A stretch of DNA of 64,000 nt, from positions 1 through 64,000 of the forward strand of contig NW_027590501.1 of assembly GCF_964213995.1 (NCBI RefSeq). The letters are read 5' to 3'. The DNA comes from Mustelus asterias (taxonomy: Eukaryota). How positions within the stretch are numbered: the stretch's first letter is position 1; each line of letters starts with the position of its first letter. The position numbers and the translations under genes were made by a program. This document shows positions 1-11,744 of the stretch, piece after piece. The notes beneath the pieces were generated by a model. That model was not told the DNA's origin, made no database searches, and saw only the letters and a program-made list of their open reading frames with translations.

Positions 1-135
1 TAACACTACAATGAAGTTACTGTGAAAATCCCCTGGTCGCTACACTCCGGCGCCTGTTCGGGACACTGAGGGAGAATTTAGCATGGCCAATACACCTAAC
101 CAGCACATCTTTCGGACTGTGGGAGGAAACTGAAG
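1..135 (-). mobile_element. V-SINE (HE1-like) partial copy, 'gtaacttcattgcagtgttaa' tail type
   Basis: Matches the 3' part of SINE copies at 727-885, 14165-14450 and 58513-58795 (ctaaattct...ggggattttcacagtaacttcattg). Confidence 0.8.
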
Positions 136-726
136 GGCTGGACTTGGCTGAAATGTTGCTGAAATCAGATCATAGATCAACATTCAAAAAATATAAGTGG
201 AAGTAACATTGAAAAGGGAATATAGTCAGGGGTCTGCGAAAGAGCAGGGGGAGAAGATTATTGAGATAGTTATTACAAAGAACAGGCATCAATTTATTGG
301 GTCGCATTGTCTGCCATTTCAAATGTCGTTCACACTCAAAGGATGTCACTTCAACATAAATAAAACAGTTCAAGTTTCCCGCGTCCTGGCATTTCCTTCT
401 TTCCAAGTGTTAGAGCAAAATGATAAGTAATCTGAAATCAAACAACTATGAATAGAAAAGTTGCATGTGTTGTAAGGGATGCGCCAGTATCTCGATGACA
501 ATTTTAAAGATGCATTGTAAAATGCAATGAATGTAATTTAATTCCACCTGGACAGATAACATTAACACAATTGTGTTTGTTCACAGGTTATGTGTATGGA
601 TGTCGTAATAGCTTTGAATTATATTCCCTTCATTGTATATACTCGTTTAACCAAACGGAATAAAGACAAAAATATTATTAATGTATAAATACTGATCCCT
701 TTACTGTACCTTTTTTGATTTAAAGT

Positions 727-885
727 TTAAAGTTAATTTATTAGTGTCACAAGTAGGCTTACATTAACACTGCAATGAAGTTACTGTGAAAATCCCCTCA
801 TCGTCACACTCCAGCACATGTTCGGGTTACACTGAGGGAGAATTTAGCATGGCCAAAGCATCTAACCAGCACGTCTCTCGGACTT
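727..885 (-). mobile_element. V-SINE 3' fragment inserted in the tail of a Rex1/Babar LINE
   Basis: Same tail sequence as the other SINE copies; interrupts the (TTTGA)n tail of the adjacent LINE. Confidence 0.75.
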
Positions 886-1893
886 TGATTTGATTTATTT
901 TTGTCACATGTATTAGTATACAGTAAAATTATTGTTTCTTGCGCACTGTACAGAAAAAGCATACCGTTCACAGAGAAGGAAAGGAGAGGGTGCAGAATGC
1001 ATTGTTCCAGTCAAAGAAAAGTCAACGTAATACGAGGTAGTTCCATTCAATAGTCTGATCACAGCAGGGATGAAGCTGCTCTTGAGTTGGTTCGTACATG
1101 ACCACAGACCTTTGTATCTTTTTCCCGATGGAAGAAAGTGGAAGAGAATATGTCGAGGATGTGTCGGGTCCTTGATTATGCTGGTTGCTTTGCTATGGAA
1201 GCAGGAAGTTTAGACAGAGTCAATTGATGGATGGCTGGTTGGTGTGATGGACTGGGCTCCGTTCCCGACCCTTTGTAGTTTCTTGCGGTCTTGGGCGGAG
1301 CAAGAGCCATGCCAAGCTGTGATACAACCAGAAAAAACGCTTTCTATGATGCATCTGTAAACGTTGGTGAGAGCCGTCGCAGACATGGCAAATTTCCTTA
1401 GCCTCCAGAGAAAGTGAGGGAGTTGGGGCTTCCTTAACTGAAGTGTCGGCATGGGGGTCCAGGGTAGGTTGTTGGTGATCTGGACAACTAGAAACCTGAA
1501 GCTTTCGACCATTTCCACTTCATTTCCATTGATCGTGACAGAGGCATGTCCTCCACTACGCTTCCTGAAGTCGATGACTATCTCCTTCGTTCGACGGACA
1601 TTGAGGGAAAGATTATTTTCATCGGACCAGTTCACCAGGTTCTCTGTCTCATTCCTGCACTCTGTCTCGTCATCAGCAAATCTGAAAACCAAGTTCGAGG
1701 GGAGTTTGGCCGCAAAGTTATAAGTTATAAGGAGAATAAGGGCTGAGGACACAGCCTTGTGGGCACCGGTGTTGAGGATGATTGTCGAGGATGTGTTGTT
1801 ACCTATCCTTACCAATTGTGGTCTGTGGGTTAGGAAGTCTGGGATCCCGTTTCAGAGGGAGGAGTCGAGCCCCAGGTCATGGAGTTTGGAATT
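884..1893 (-). mobile_element. Rex1/Babar-like non-LTR retrotransposon, 5'-truncated RT remnant
   Basis: ORF 1210-1815 (VRIGNNTSSTIILNTGA...FADD...NNLSLNVRRTKEIVIDFRK...LTNVYRCIIES) is typical of Rex1/Babar RT; AATAAA plus (TCAAA)n tail on the minus strand near 885-900. Confidence 0.85.
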
Positions 1894-2074
1894 GAAATAT
1901 TATTAATGTATAAATACAAATCCCTTTACTCTACCAGATCACCATTCATTGATTTTATGTAAGTGTTAAAATTGCAAAGTGGAGAATCAAAATTGTCGAT
2001 TAAATTAAATTCTGATTGTTTTGAGAGTTTGATCTTAATTTAGGGAGCAAATATGTGAACAGCATTCACGGAAT

Positions 2075-2392
2075 CATTCATTCCACAGTGCAGAAGGAGA
2101 CCGTTGGATCCATCGAATCTGCACCGACCATAATCCCACCCAGGCCCTATCCCCATAACCCCATGCATTTACCCGAGCTAGTCTCTTGACACTAAGGGGC
2201 AATTCAGTTTGGCCAATTCGTCTAACCTTCATATATTTGCAGTGTAGGAGGAAGCTGGATTACCCGGAGGAAATCCATGCAGACACGGGGAGAAGGTGCA
2301 GACTCCACACAGGCAGAGACCCGAAGTTGGAATTGAACCCGGGTCCCTGGCTCTGTGAGGCAGCAGTGCTAACCACTGTACCACCGTGCCGC
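2075..2392 (-). mobile_element. HE1-like V-SINE, near full length
   Basis: tRNA-like head (ggtacagtggttagcactgctgcctcacag...ggttcaattcc), V-domain, CR1-type tail. Confidence 0.85.
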
Positions 2393-2789
2393 AGATCAAA
2401 TATGGAATCTTGAAACACAGGTAAATGTAGAACTTGTACAGATTTGCCTCCCCGTCCCCCACCCCCCTCACGCCCCTGCAGGTCAGTGCTCCAATCCTTT
2501 GGTTTCATTGACAGACACAATCATGATGTGAAGTCCATTTTCCATAGAGGTCAGTCTGGTGAAGTAAAATCCCTCACGCAGAAAGAAAGAATCACCAATG
2601 ATGAAATAAAACATATTTTTTGGAGAAACACAAAAGTTCAATGATTTGCATTGAGATTTCCGATTGACCATCTGAGCAATGCGTGCCAACTTTTTCTTTT
2701 GTTCCACAGGATATGGCAGGAGAAACAGCTCTGATAAATGTTTCAATTCAGATCATCCGTTATTCTGCGATGTTCATGTTGGATATAGA

Positions 2790-3103
2790 ATGACAGAATC
2801 CTTACAGTGCATTCGGCCCAGCAAGTCTGCACTGACCACAATCCCCACCCAGGCCCTATCCCCACTAATTTACCCCATTAATCCCTCTAAACTATGCATC
2901 CCCGGACACTATGGGGCAATTTAGCACCGTCAATGCACCTAACCAGCTCGTCTTTCAGTCAGTGGGAGGAAACCAGAGCACCCGGAGGAAACCCATGCAG
3001 ACACGGGGAGAACGTGCAAACTCTACACAGACAGTGACCCACGCTGGGAGTCGAACCCAGATCCCTGGAGCTTTCAGGCAGCAGTGCTAACCACCGTGCC
3101 ACC
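2790..3103 (-). mobile_element. HE1-like V-SINE
   Basis: Same head, V-domain and tail as the other copies. Confidence 0.85.
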
Positions 3104-3189
3104 CTCATAATCTCATAAACAGACATCTGTCTGAGTTGTGACAGCCCACATTTTATTTTGTGACAGCATCTTACAAATGGCTACCAAAG

Positions 3190-3515
3190 AAAAGAACACT
3201 CCACATCTGCAAACATCCACTCCCTCCACCACCGACGCTCAGTAGCAGCAGTCTGTACTATCTACAAGATGCACTGCAGCAATTCACCAAAGATCCTCAG
3301 ACAGCACCTTCCAAACCCACGACCACTTCCATCCTAAATGACAAGGGCAGCAGGTACCTGCAAACACCACCACCTGAAAGTTCCACTCGGACCCACACAC
3401 CATCCTGATATGGAAAGAAAACTGCCATTCCTTCACAGTCGCTGGTTTAAAATCCTGGAATTCCCTCCATAACGGCATTGTGGGTCAACCCACAGCCCGT
3501 GGACTGCATTGATTC
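3190..3515 (+). mobile_element. Old L2/CR1-group LINE 3' remnant; resumes at about 7862-7887 after a nested CR1
   Basis: aacatccactccctccaccaccg...aaatcctggaattccct...ggactgca continues as aagaaggcagctcaccaccacc at 7866. Confidence 0.6.
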
Positions 3516-6420
3516 ATAGAACACAGAACATAGAACACTACAGCGCAGTACAGGCCCTTCGGCCCTCGATGTTGCGCCGACCAGTGGAACCAATCTAAAG
3601 CCCCTCTAATCTACACTATTCCAATATCATCCATATGTTTATCCAATAACCATTTGAATGCTCTTAATGTTGACGAGTCCACTACTGCTGCAGGCAGGGC
3701 ATTCCACGCCCTTACTACTCTCTGAGTGAAGAACCTACCTCTAACACCTGTCCTATATCTCCCACCCCTCAATTTAAAGCTATGTCCCCTCGTGCTAGCC
3801 ATCACCATCCAAGGAAAAAGACTCTCACTATCCACCCTATCTAATCCTCTGATCATCTTGTATACCTCTATTAAGTCACCTCTTAATCTTCTTCTCTCTA
3901 ACTAAAACAACCTCAAGCCCCTCAGCCTTTCCTCATACGATTTTCCCACCATACCAGGCAACATCCTGGTAAATCTCCTCTGCACCCTTTCCAATGCTTC
4001 CACATCTTTCGTATAATGCGGCGACCAGAACTGTATGCAATACTCCAAATGCAGCCGCACCAGAGTTTTGTACAGTTGCAGCATGACCTCCTGGCTCCGA
4101 AACTCAATCCCTCTACCAATAAAAGCTAACACACCGTACGCCTTCTTAACAACCCTATCAACCTGGGTGCCAACTTTCAAGGATCTATGCACATGGACAC
4201 CCAGATCCCTCTGTTCATCTACACTACCAAGTATCTTACCATTAGCCCAGTACTCTGTATTCCTGTTACTCCTTCCAAAGTGAATCACCTCACACTTTTC
4301 CGCATTAAACTCTATTTGCCACCTCTCAGCCCAGCTCTGCAGCTTATCTATGTCCCTCTGTCACCTGCCACTTCCCTCCGCACTGACTACAACTCCACCG
4401 ATTTTAATGTCATCCGCAAATTTACTAATCCATCCTTCCACGCCCTCATCCAGGTCATTAATAAAAATGACAAACAGCAGTGGCCCCAAAACAGATCCTT
4501 GCGGTACACCACTGGTAACTGAACTCCACGATGAATACTTCCCATCAACCACCACCCTCTGTTTTCTTACAGCTGGCCAATTCCTCATCCAAACCACTAA
4601 ATCACCCTCAATCCCATGTGTCCGTATTTTCTGCAAAAGCTTACCATGGGGAACATTATCAAACGCTTTGCTGAAATCCATATACAACACATCAACCGCT
4701 TTACCCTCATCCACGTCTTTGGTCACCTTCTCAAAGAACTCAATAAGGTTTGTGAGGCACGACCTACCCTTCACAAAACCGTGCTGGCTATCCCTAATCA
4801 AATTAATCCTTTCCAATACTTTGCCCACAACAGAAGTAAGGCTCACCGGTCTATAATTACCAGGGTTGTCCCTAATCCACTTCTTGAACAAGGGGACAAC
4901 ATTTGCTATCCTCCAGTCTTCTGGCAATGTTCCTGTAGACAATGACAACACAAAGATCAAAGCCAAAGGCTCTGCAATCTCCTCTCTAGCCTCCCAGAGA
5001 ATCCGAGGATAAATCCCATCCGGCTCAGGGGACTTATCTATTTTTACCCTTTCCAGAATTGCTAACACCTCCTCCTTATGAACATCAATCCCATCCAGTC
5101 CAACAGCCTGCATCTCAGTGCTCCCCTCGACAACACTGCCCCTCTCCAGTGTGAATACCGACGAAAAATATTCATTTAGTGCCTCTCCTATCTCTCAGAC
5201 TCCACGCACAACTTCCCACTACTGTCCTTCACTGGCCCTAATCTTACCCGAGTCATTCTTTTACTCCTGACATACCTATAGAAAGCTTTAGGGTTTTCCT
5301 TGACCTTTCCTGCCAAATACTTCTCATGTCCCCTCCTGGCTCTTCATAACTCTTTCTTTAGGTCCTTCCTGGTTAACTTGTAACTCTCAAGTGCCCTAAC
5401 TGAGCCTTCACGTCTTATCTTAACATAATTCTCCTTCTTCCTCTTCACAAGAGATTCAACCTCCTTAGTAAACCATTGTTCCCTCACACGTCTGCTTCCT
5501 CCCTGCCTGACAGGTACATATTTTTCAAAGACGCGTAGTAGCTGTTCCTTGAACAAGTTCCACATTACAATTGTGCCCATCCCCTGCAATTTCCTTCCCC
5601 ACCCTATGCCAGCTAAATCTCGCCTAATCGCATCATAATTTCCGTTCCCCCAGCTATAACTCTTGCCCTTTGGTATATACCTATCCTTTTCCATAGCTAA
5701 GGTAAACGTTATCGAATTGTGGTCACTGTCACCAAAGTGCTCACGTACCTCCAAATCTAACACCTGGCCTGGTTCATTACCAAGTACCAAATCCAATGTG
5801 GCCTCGCCTCTTGTTGGTCTATCTACATACTGTGTTAGGAAGCCTTCCTGCACACATTGGACAAAAACCAACCCCTCTAAAGTACTCCAACTATAGCTTT
5901 TCCAGTCAATATTTGTAAAGTTAAAGTCCCCCAGTACAACGACCCTGTTACTTTCGCTCCTATCCAGAATCATCTTTGCAATCTTTTCCTCTACATCTCT
6001 GGAACTTTTCGGAGGTCGATGAAAAACCCCTAACAATGTGACCTCTCATTTCCTCTTTCTAACCTCAGCCCAAACTACCTCAGTAGACGAGTCCTCATCA
6101 AATGTCCTTTCTGCCAGCGTAATACTGTCCTTGACTAACAATGCCACACCTCCCCCTCTTTTGCCACCTTCCCTGCACTTACTGAAATATCTAAACCCCG
6201 GAACCTGCAACAACCATTCCTGTCCCTGCTCTATCCATGTCTCTGAGATGGCCACAACATCGAAATCCCAGGTACCAACCCATGCTGCAAGCTCACCCAC
6301 CTTATTCCGGATGCTCCTGGTGTTGAAATATACACAATTCAAACCGCCTTCCTGCCTGCCAGTTCACTCCTGCGACTCTGAAACCTCATCCATGACCTCA
6401 CTATTCTCAACTTCCCGTAC
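3516..6420 (-). mobile_element. CR1-like LINE ORF2 (APE endonuclease plus RT), decayed, with 3' tail
   Basis: ORFs 6046-6342, 5344-6036, 4361-5113, 3902-4288 and 3611-3856 ([36 protein letters not shown]); (TTCTATG)n-type tail at 3516-3535. Confidence 0.95.
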
Positions 6421-7862
6421 GGAGGTTTCTTTTTCCAAAACAGGAAGTAGGCCCAGGAGAAGCCTGGGAAGGTTTTTGGAGGGTTTAAAAGCAGGCTGCA
6501 CTTTTGAGCGGGCAGCGTCGGGAGCGGGCAGTGGAGTGAGTGGGAAGCAGAATGAGAGTTGACGGGCTTTGGCTCATCGGGCTTCGGCGTAAACAGGCAG
6601 AGGTGGGGTAGGTTTAGACAGTTTTTCCTGTGTGATTGGAAGAAGGCGGGAATTATGAGTGTGAGGCCAGTTTGTTGTTCTCAGTGTCGGATCTGGGAGG
6701 TCCTGGAGTCAGCTAGCCTCCCGGACGTCCATATCTGCGCCAGGTGCGTCGAGCTGCAGCTCCTAAGGGACCACGTTGGGGAACTGGAACTGCAGCTCAA
6801 TGACCTTCGTCTGGTATGGGAGAATGAGGAGGTGATAGATAGGAGCTACAGGCAGGTGGTCCTACCGGGGCCACAGGAGACAGACCAGTGGGTCACGGTT
6901 AGGAAGGGGAAGGGGAAAGGTCAGGTACTAGAGATTACTCCAGTGGCTGTGCCCATTCAAAATAAGTACTCCTGTTTAAGTACTGTTGGGGGGAGCAGCT
7001 ACCTGGGGGAAGCAACAGTGGCCGTGCTTCCGGCGCAGAGTCCGGCCCAGTAGCTCAGAAGGGTAGGGAAAGGGAGGATGAGCAAACTGACCACAGCACC
7101 AAGGTACAGGGAGCCATCCAATTGGTGGGGGGGGGGGGGGAGGGGAACAGAAAATGCACCTGCAGTAGAAATTGGGGATCGTACACTTTTGGGTGCTGTT
7201 GCGGGGGGACGACTTAGCAGGGGTAAGCCATGGTGTACAGGTCACTGGCTCAGAGTCCGTCCTTGTGGCTCAGAAGGGAAGGGGGGAGAGGAGTAGAGGA
7301 TTAGTCATTGGGGACTCCATATTTAAAGGGACGGATAGGAGATTCTGCGGGAACGAGAGAGACTCACGGTTGGTGTGTTGCCTCCCAGGAGCCAGAGGCC
7401 ACGATGTCTCGGATCGTGTTTTTGAAATCCTTAAGGGGGAGGGGGACCAGCCCCAAGTTGTGGTTCACATTGGCACTCAAGACATAGGTAGGAAAAGGCA
7501 TGGGGATGTAAGGCAGACATTCAGGGAGTTAGGGTGGAAGCTTAGGGCTAGAACAAACAAAGTTGTTATCTCTGGTTTGTTACACATGCAAAGTGATAGT
7601 GAGGAGAGGAATAGGGAGAGAGAGCAGTTGAACACTTGGTTACAGGGATGGTGCAGGAGGGAGGGATTCAGATACCTGGGGCTCTTTCTGGGGTAGGTGG
7701 GACCTCTACAAACAGGATGGTCTGCACTTGAACCAGAGGGCTACAAATGTCTTGGGGGGAAATTTGCTAATGCTCTTCGGGAGGGTTTAAACTAATTCAG
7801 CAGGGGGGTGGGTACCTGAATTGTAGCTCCAGTGTACAGGAGGTTGAGAGTAGTGAGGTCAT
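6421..7862 (+). mobile_element. 5' part of the same CR1 (5' UTR plus ORF1 with Cys motif, coiled coil and SGNH esterase-like domain), inverted relative to ORF2
   Basis: CCSQC...HICARC motif (6559-7053); LVIGDSI...CLPGA...VVHIGTQD...DGLHLN esterase motifs (7172-7740). Confidence 0.88.
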
Positions 7863-7887
7863 TGAAGAAGGCAGCTCACCACCACCA

Positions 7888-8270
7888 TTTTTTTATTCAT
7901 TCGTTGGACATGGGTGTCACTGGCTGGGCCAGCATTTATTGTCCATCCCTAGTCACCCTTGAACTGAGTGTCTCGCTCGACCATTTCAGAGGGCAGTTGA
8001 GCTTCAACCACATTTTTATGGTTCTGGAGGCACATGTAGGCCAGACCAGGTGAGGACGGCAGATTTCCGTCCCTCAAGGGCACTTGTGAACTAGATGGGT
8101 CTTTCCGACAATCGACAATGGTTTCATGGTCATCAGTCGATTCTTAATTGCAGATATTTTTTTGTTTGAATTCACATTCCACCACCTTCCGTGGCAGGGT
8201 TCGAACAGAACATTGGCTGAGTTTCTGCATTAATGATCGAGCGATAATACCACTCGGCCACCGCCTCTCC
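7888..8270 (-). mobile_element. tRNA-derived SINE of a second family (Deu/SacSINE-like, tentative)
   Basis: Head ggcggtggccgagtggtattatcgc; body gatgaccatgaaaccattgtcgattgtc; tail ggacaataaatgctggcccagcc; homologous to 25980-26380. Confidence 0.65.
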
Positions 8271-8636
8271 CCCAAAGGAAGGGATAATATTGCACATGGA
8301 GGCTGTGTTGACGCCTATCTTAGCTGTTGAATAGTTGGGGACCTTTCAAATTCATGTAGCACAATTGATCAATTGCTTCAAATTCAGTATAACCAACACG
8401 ATGAAACTAGTCCCTAAAGATATCAGTCAGACAAAGAATTGTGAGGAACATAAAGTCCCAGTTCTATTGTATTCGTATTGTATTAATATGGATTTTGAAT
8501 TGGGTTTAATCAATTAATGCTTATACAAATATTCATCTATCACAGGACACAATCACTATGGATACTCTCATCATCGCCACCCGTATGATTATGTTAAATA
8601 TTTAATTTATTTAAGATTTTTCAACATTTTTCATTT

Positions 8637-9695
8637 GATTTGATTTTTTATTGTCACATGTATTTGTGTATAGTGAAAAGTATTGCTTCTTGCACGCTAT
8701 ACAGACAAAGCATCCCGTTCATAGAGAAGGAAAAAAGGTGCAGAATATCGTGTTACACTTATAGCTCGGGTGCAGAGAACGATCAAATTAGTGAGAGGCA
8801 GGCCCTTTCAAAAATCTGATGGCAGCAGGGAAGAAGCTGTTCTTGAGTCGTTTGGTATGTGGCTTCAGACTTTTGTATCTTTTTCCCAAGAAGGTGGAAT
8901 AGAGTATGTCCAGGGTGTGTGGGGTCCTTGATTATGCTGGCTGCTTTTCCGAGGCAGCGGGAAGTATAGACGGAGTCAATGGATGGGAGACTGTTTTGCC
9001 TGATGAACTGGGCTTCATTCGCGACCCTTTGTAGTTTCTTGCAGTCTTGGTCAGAGCTGGAGCCATGCCAAGCTGTGATACATCCAGAAAGAATGCTTTC
9101 TATGGTGCTTCAATAAACGTTGGTGAGAATCGTAACAGACATGCCAAATTTCCTTCGCTCCTGAGAAAGTAGAGGCATTGGTGGGCTTTCATAACTATAG
9201 AATTGGTGTGGAGGGACTCGGACAGTTCGTTGGTGATTTGGACATCGAGAAACCTGAAGCTCTCAACTTCCACTTAATTCCCCTTGATGTAGACAGGAGC
9301 ATGACCTCCACTACATTTCCAGAAGTCGATTTGATTTGATTTATTATTGTTACATGTATTAGTATGCAGTGAAAAGTATTGTTTCTTGCGTGCTATATAG
9401 GCAAAGCATACCGTTCATAGAGAAGGAAGGGAGAGGGTGCAGAATGTAGTGTTACAGTCGTAGCTAGGGTGCAGAGAAAGATCGTTAATTATCTCCTTTA
9501 TTTTACTGACGTTGAGGAAGAGATCATTGCACCAGTTCACGAGATTCTCTATCTCTTTCCTGTACTCTGTCTCGTCATTGTTTGAGATCCGTCCCACTAC
9601 GGTGGTGTCATCAGCAAATTTGAAAATGGAGTTGGAGGGGAATTTGGCCACGCAGTCAAAGGTTCATAAGGAGTATTGTAGGGGGCTGAGAACAA
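8637..9695 (-). mobile_element. Rex1/Babar-like LINE remnants (two nested or adjacent 3' fragments)
   Basis: Homologous to 884-1893; ORF 9415-9651 (KFADDTTVVGRISNNDETEYRKE); tails at about 8640 and 9330. Confidence 0.85.
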
Positions 9696-10267
9696 CCAGA
9701 GCAGGAGTTATGCCAGGCTGTGATACAATCAGAAAGGATGCTTTCTCTGGTGACAACGATGACAAATGATGCCAACACAAATTGTTGCAGCCGTTGAAGT
9801 AATAAACATCCAGGATCCTTGGCGCAATGTTGATCAAACATGAAGAATAAATAATTGATGATAAATATTCTACTTAGTATTTCCTCGCCAATGTCTGTTC
9901 TCAGCTCTGAGCACCGCCAGTTAGCAAGGCAGTGAAGGCAATGGAGGTTATGTGGAAAAGACAGACTGGAATCAATGAATAGGGATGAGAGACATGAATG
10001 AAAAGACACATTGAGAAAGATTCTGCCCAGAGCGAGGAACAGATAGAAAAGTGAAATGATTCAAATGAAGTTTTTGGAGAGGGTTGATTGGTCTTTCAAA
10101 TAGCTGCACAGATGAGGCAGGTCGATTGCTGTGTTGTCCATTCTATTATGTCATTATACATCTGCTAAATGGGGAAATGTGATTTCCAGTATCAAAGGTT
10201 TAAGGAAACACAGCACAGAAAAACCAAAGCAGTGGCAAGAGGAACAGAAGTGGAATGCCAGTGAGAT

Positions 10268-10580
10268 AGAATCCCTACAGTGCAGAAGGAGGCCATTCGG
10301 CCCATCAAGGCTGCACCGACAACAATCCCACTCAGGCCCTATTCCTGTAACCACACGGATTTACCCTGTTGATCCCCCTGGCACTAAGGGGCAATTTAGC
10401 AATGGCCAATCCACCTAACCCGCACAACTCTCGACTGTGGAGGAAATCAGAGCCCCCGGAGGAAACCCACGCAGACAAGGGGAGAACGTGCAAACTCCAC
10501 ACAGACAGTGACCGGAGATGGAACTGAACCCGGGTTCCTGGCGCTGTGAGGCAGCAATGCTAACTACTGTGCCACCTTGA
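10268..10580 (-). mobile_element. HE1-like V-SINE
   Basis: Head, V-domain and tail as in the other copies. Confidence 0.85.
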
Positions 10581-10589
10581 CCCCTTTAG

Positions 10590-11040
10590 CTGCGAGGGCT
10601 ACCTCCAGCTCCCTCTTGAACATATCTATCAAACTGGTCCCAACAACTTTCTGTGGTAGAGAATTCTACAGGTTCACAACTCTCTGAGTGAATACGCACT
10701 TCCCCATCTCAGACCTGAATGGCTTACCCCTTATTCTTAGACTGTGACCCACAGTTCTGGACTTCCCCAACATCAGGAACACTCTTCCCACATATAGCCT
10801 GTCCAGTCCAGTCAGGATTTCATATGTTTCTATGAGATCCCTTCTCATTCTTCTGAAACTCCAGTGAGTACAAACCCAGTCGATCCAGTTTCTCTTCATA
10901 TGCCAGTCCTGCCATTCCAGGAATCAGTCTGGTGAACCTTCGCTGAATTCCCTCCGTGGCAAGAATGTCCTTCCTCAGACCAGGAAGCCAAAACTGCCCA
11001 CAGTACTCAAGGTGTGGCCTCTCCAAGGCCCTATATAACT
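10590..11040 (-). mobile_element. CR1 ORF2 3' fragment
   Basis: RPHLEYC...IQRRFTRLIPGM...YEEKLDRLGLYSLE; FTQRVVNL. Confidence 0.85.
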
Positions 11041-11227
11041 GATCTTGAATGCACTTCTGAATCGATTGTGGGATGAGCGTCAGGAGTTAACTGGACAGCA
11101 GAATTTAGGAATACAATTGATAACGATTAACTGTCCTGTCTGTGATGTAAAAGCAAATGCATCGGGATAGGTGGATGGCACTTCTAAAGAGCTGTCACAG
11201 ACACCATCTCTCCATTGACACTTTCAC

Positions 11228-11740
11228 AGAATCACAGGATACTACAACGCAGAAGAGGCCATTCGGCCCATCGAGTCTGCACTGCTGCATGAAGGGCCCT
11301 GACCTGCCCACCTAATCCCACGTGGCCCATAACCCTGAATGTTACGGCATGCCAAGCACTCATCCAGGTACTTTTTAAAGGATATGAGGAAACCCGCCTC
11401 TACCACCCTACCAAGCAGCACATTCCTGACCGTCGCCATCTTCTGAGTAAAAAAGCTTTTCCTCAAATCCCACCTAAAACTCCCACCCTCACTTTTAACG
11501 TTTGCCTCCTCGTAACTGACCCTTCAACTAAGGGGAACAGGTGCTCCCTTTCCAACCTGTCCATGCCCCTCATAATCTTGAACACCTCGATCAGGTCAAC
11601 CCTCAGTCTTCTCTGCTCCAGAGAAAACAACCCAAGCCTATCCAACCTCTCTTTGTGACTTCAATGTTACATCTCAGGCAGCATCCTGCTGAATCTCGCT
11701 TGCACCCCATCCTCTGCATTCATGTCCTTCCTATAATGTG
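11228..11740 (-). mobile_element. CR1 ORF2 3' fragment with tail
   Basis: LGLFSLEQRRLRVDLIEVFKI; SFFTQKM; tail atggcctcttctgcg. Confidence 0.85.
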
Positions 11741-11744
11741 AAAT

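Noticed and set aside
2444-2746. Non-repetitive segment with short ORFs and nearby splice-like signals
   Set aside because: No recognisable protein similarity or consistent exon chain.
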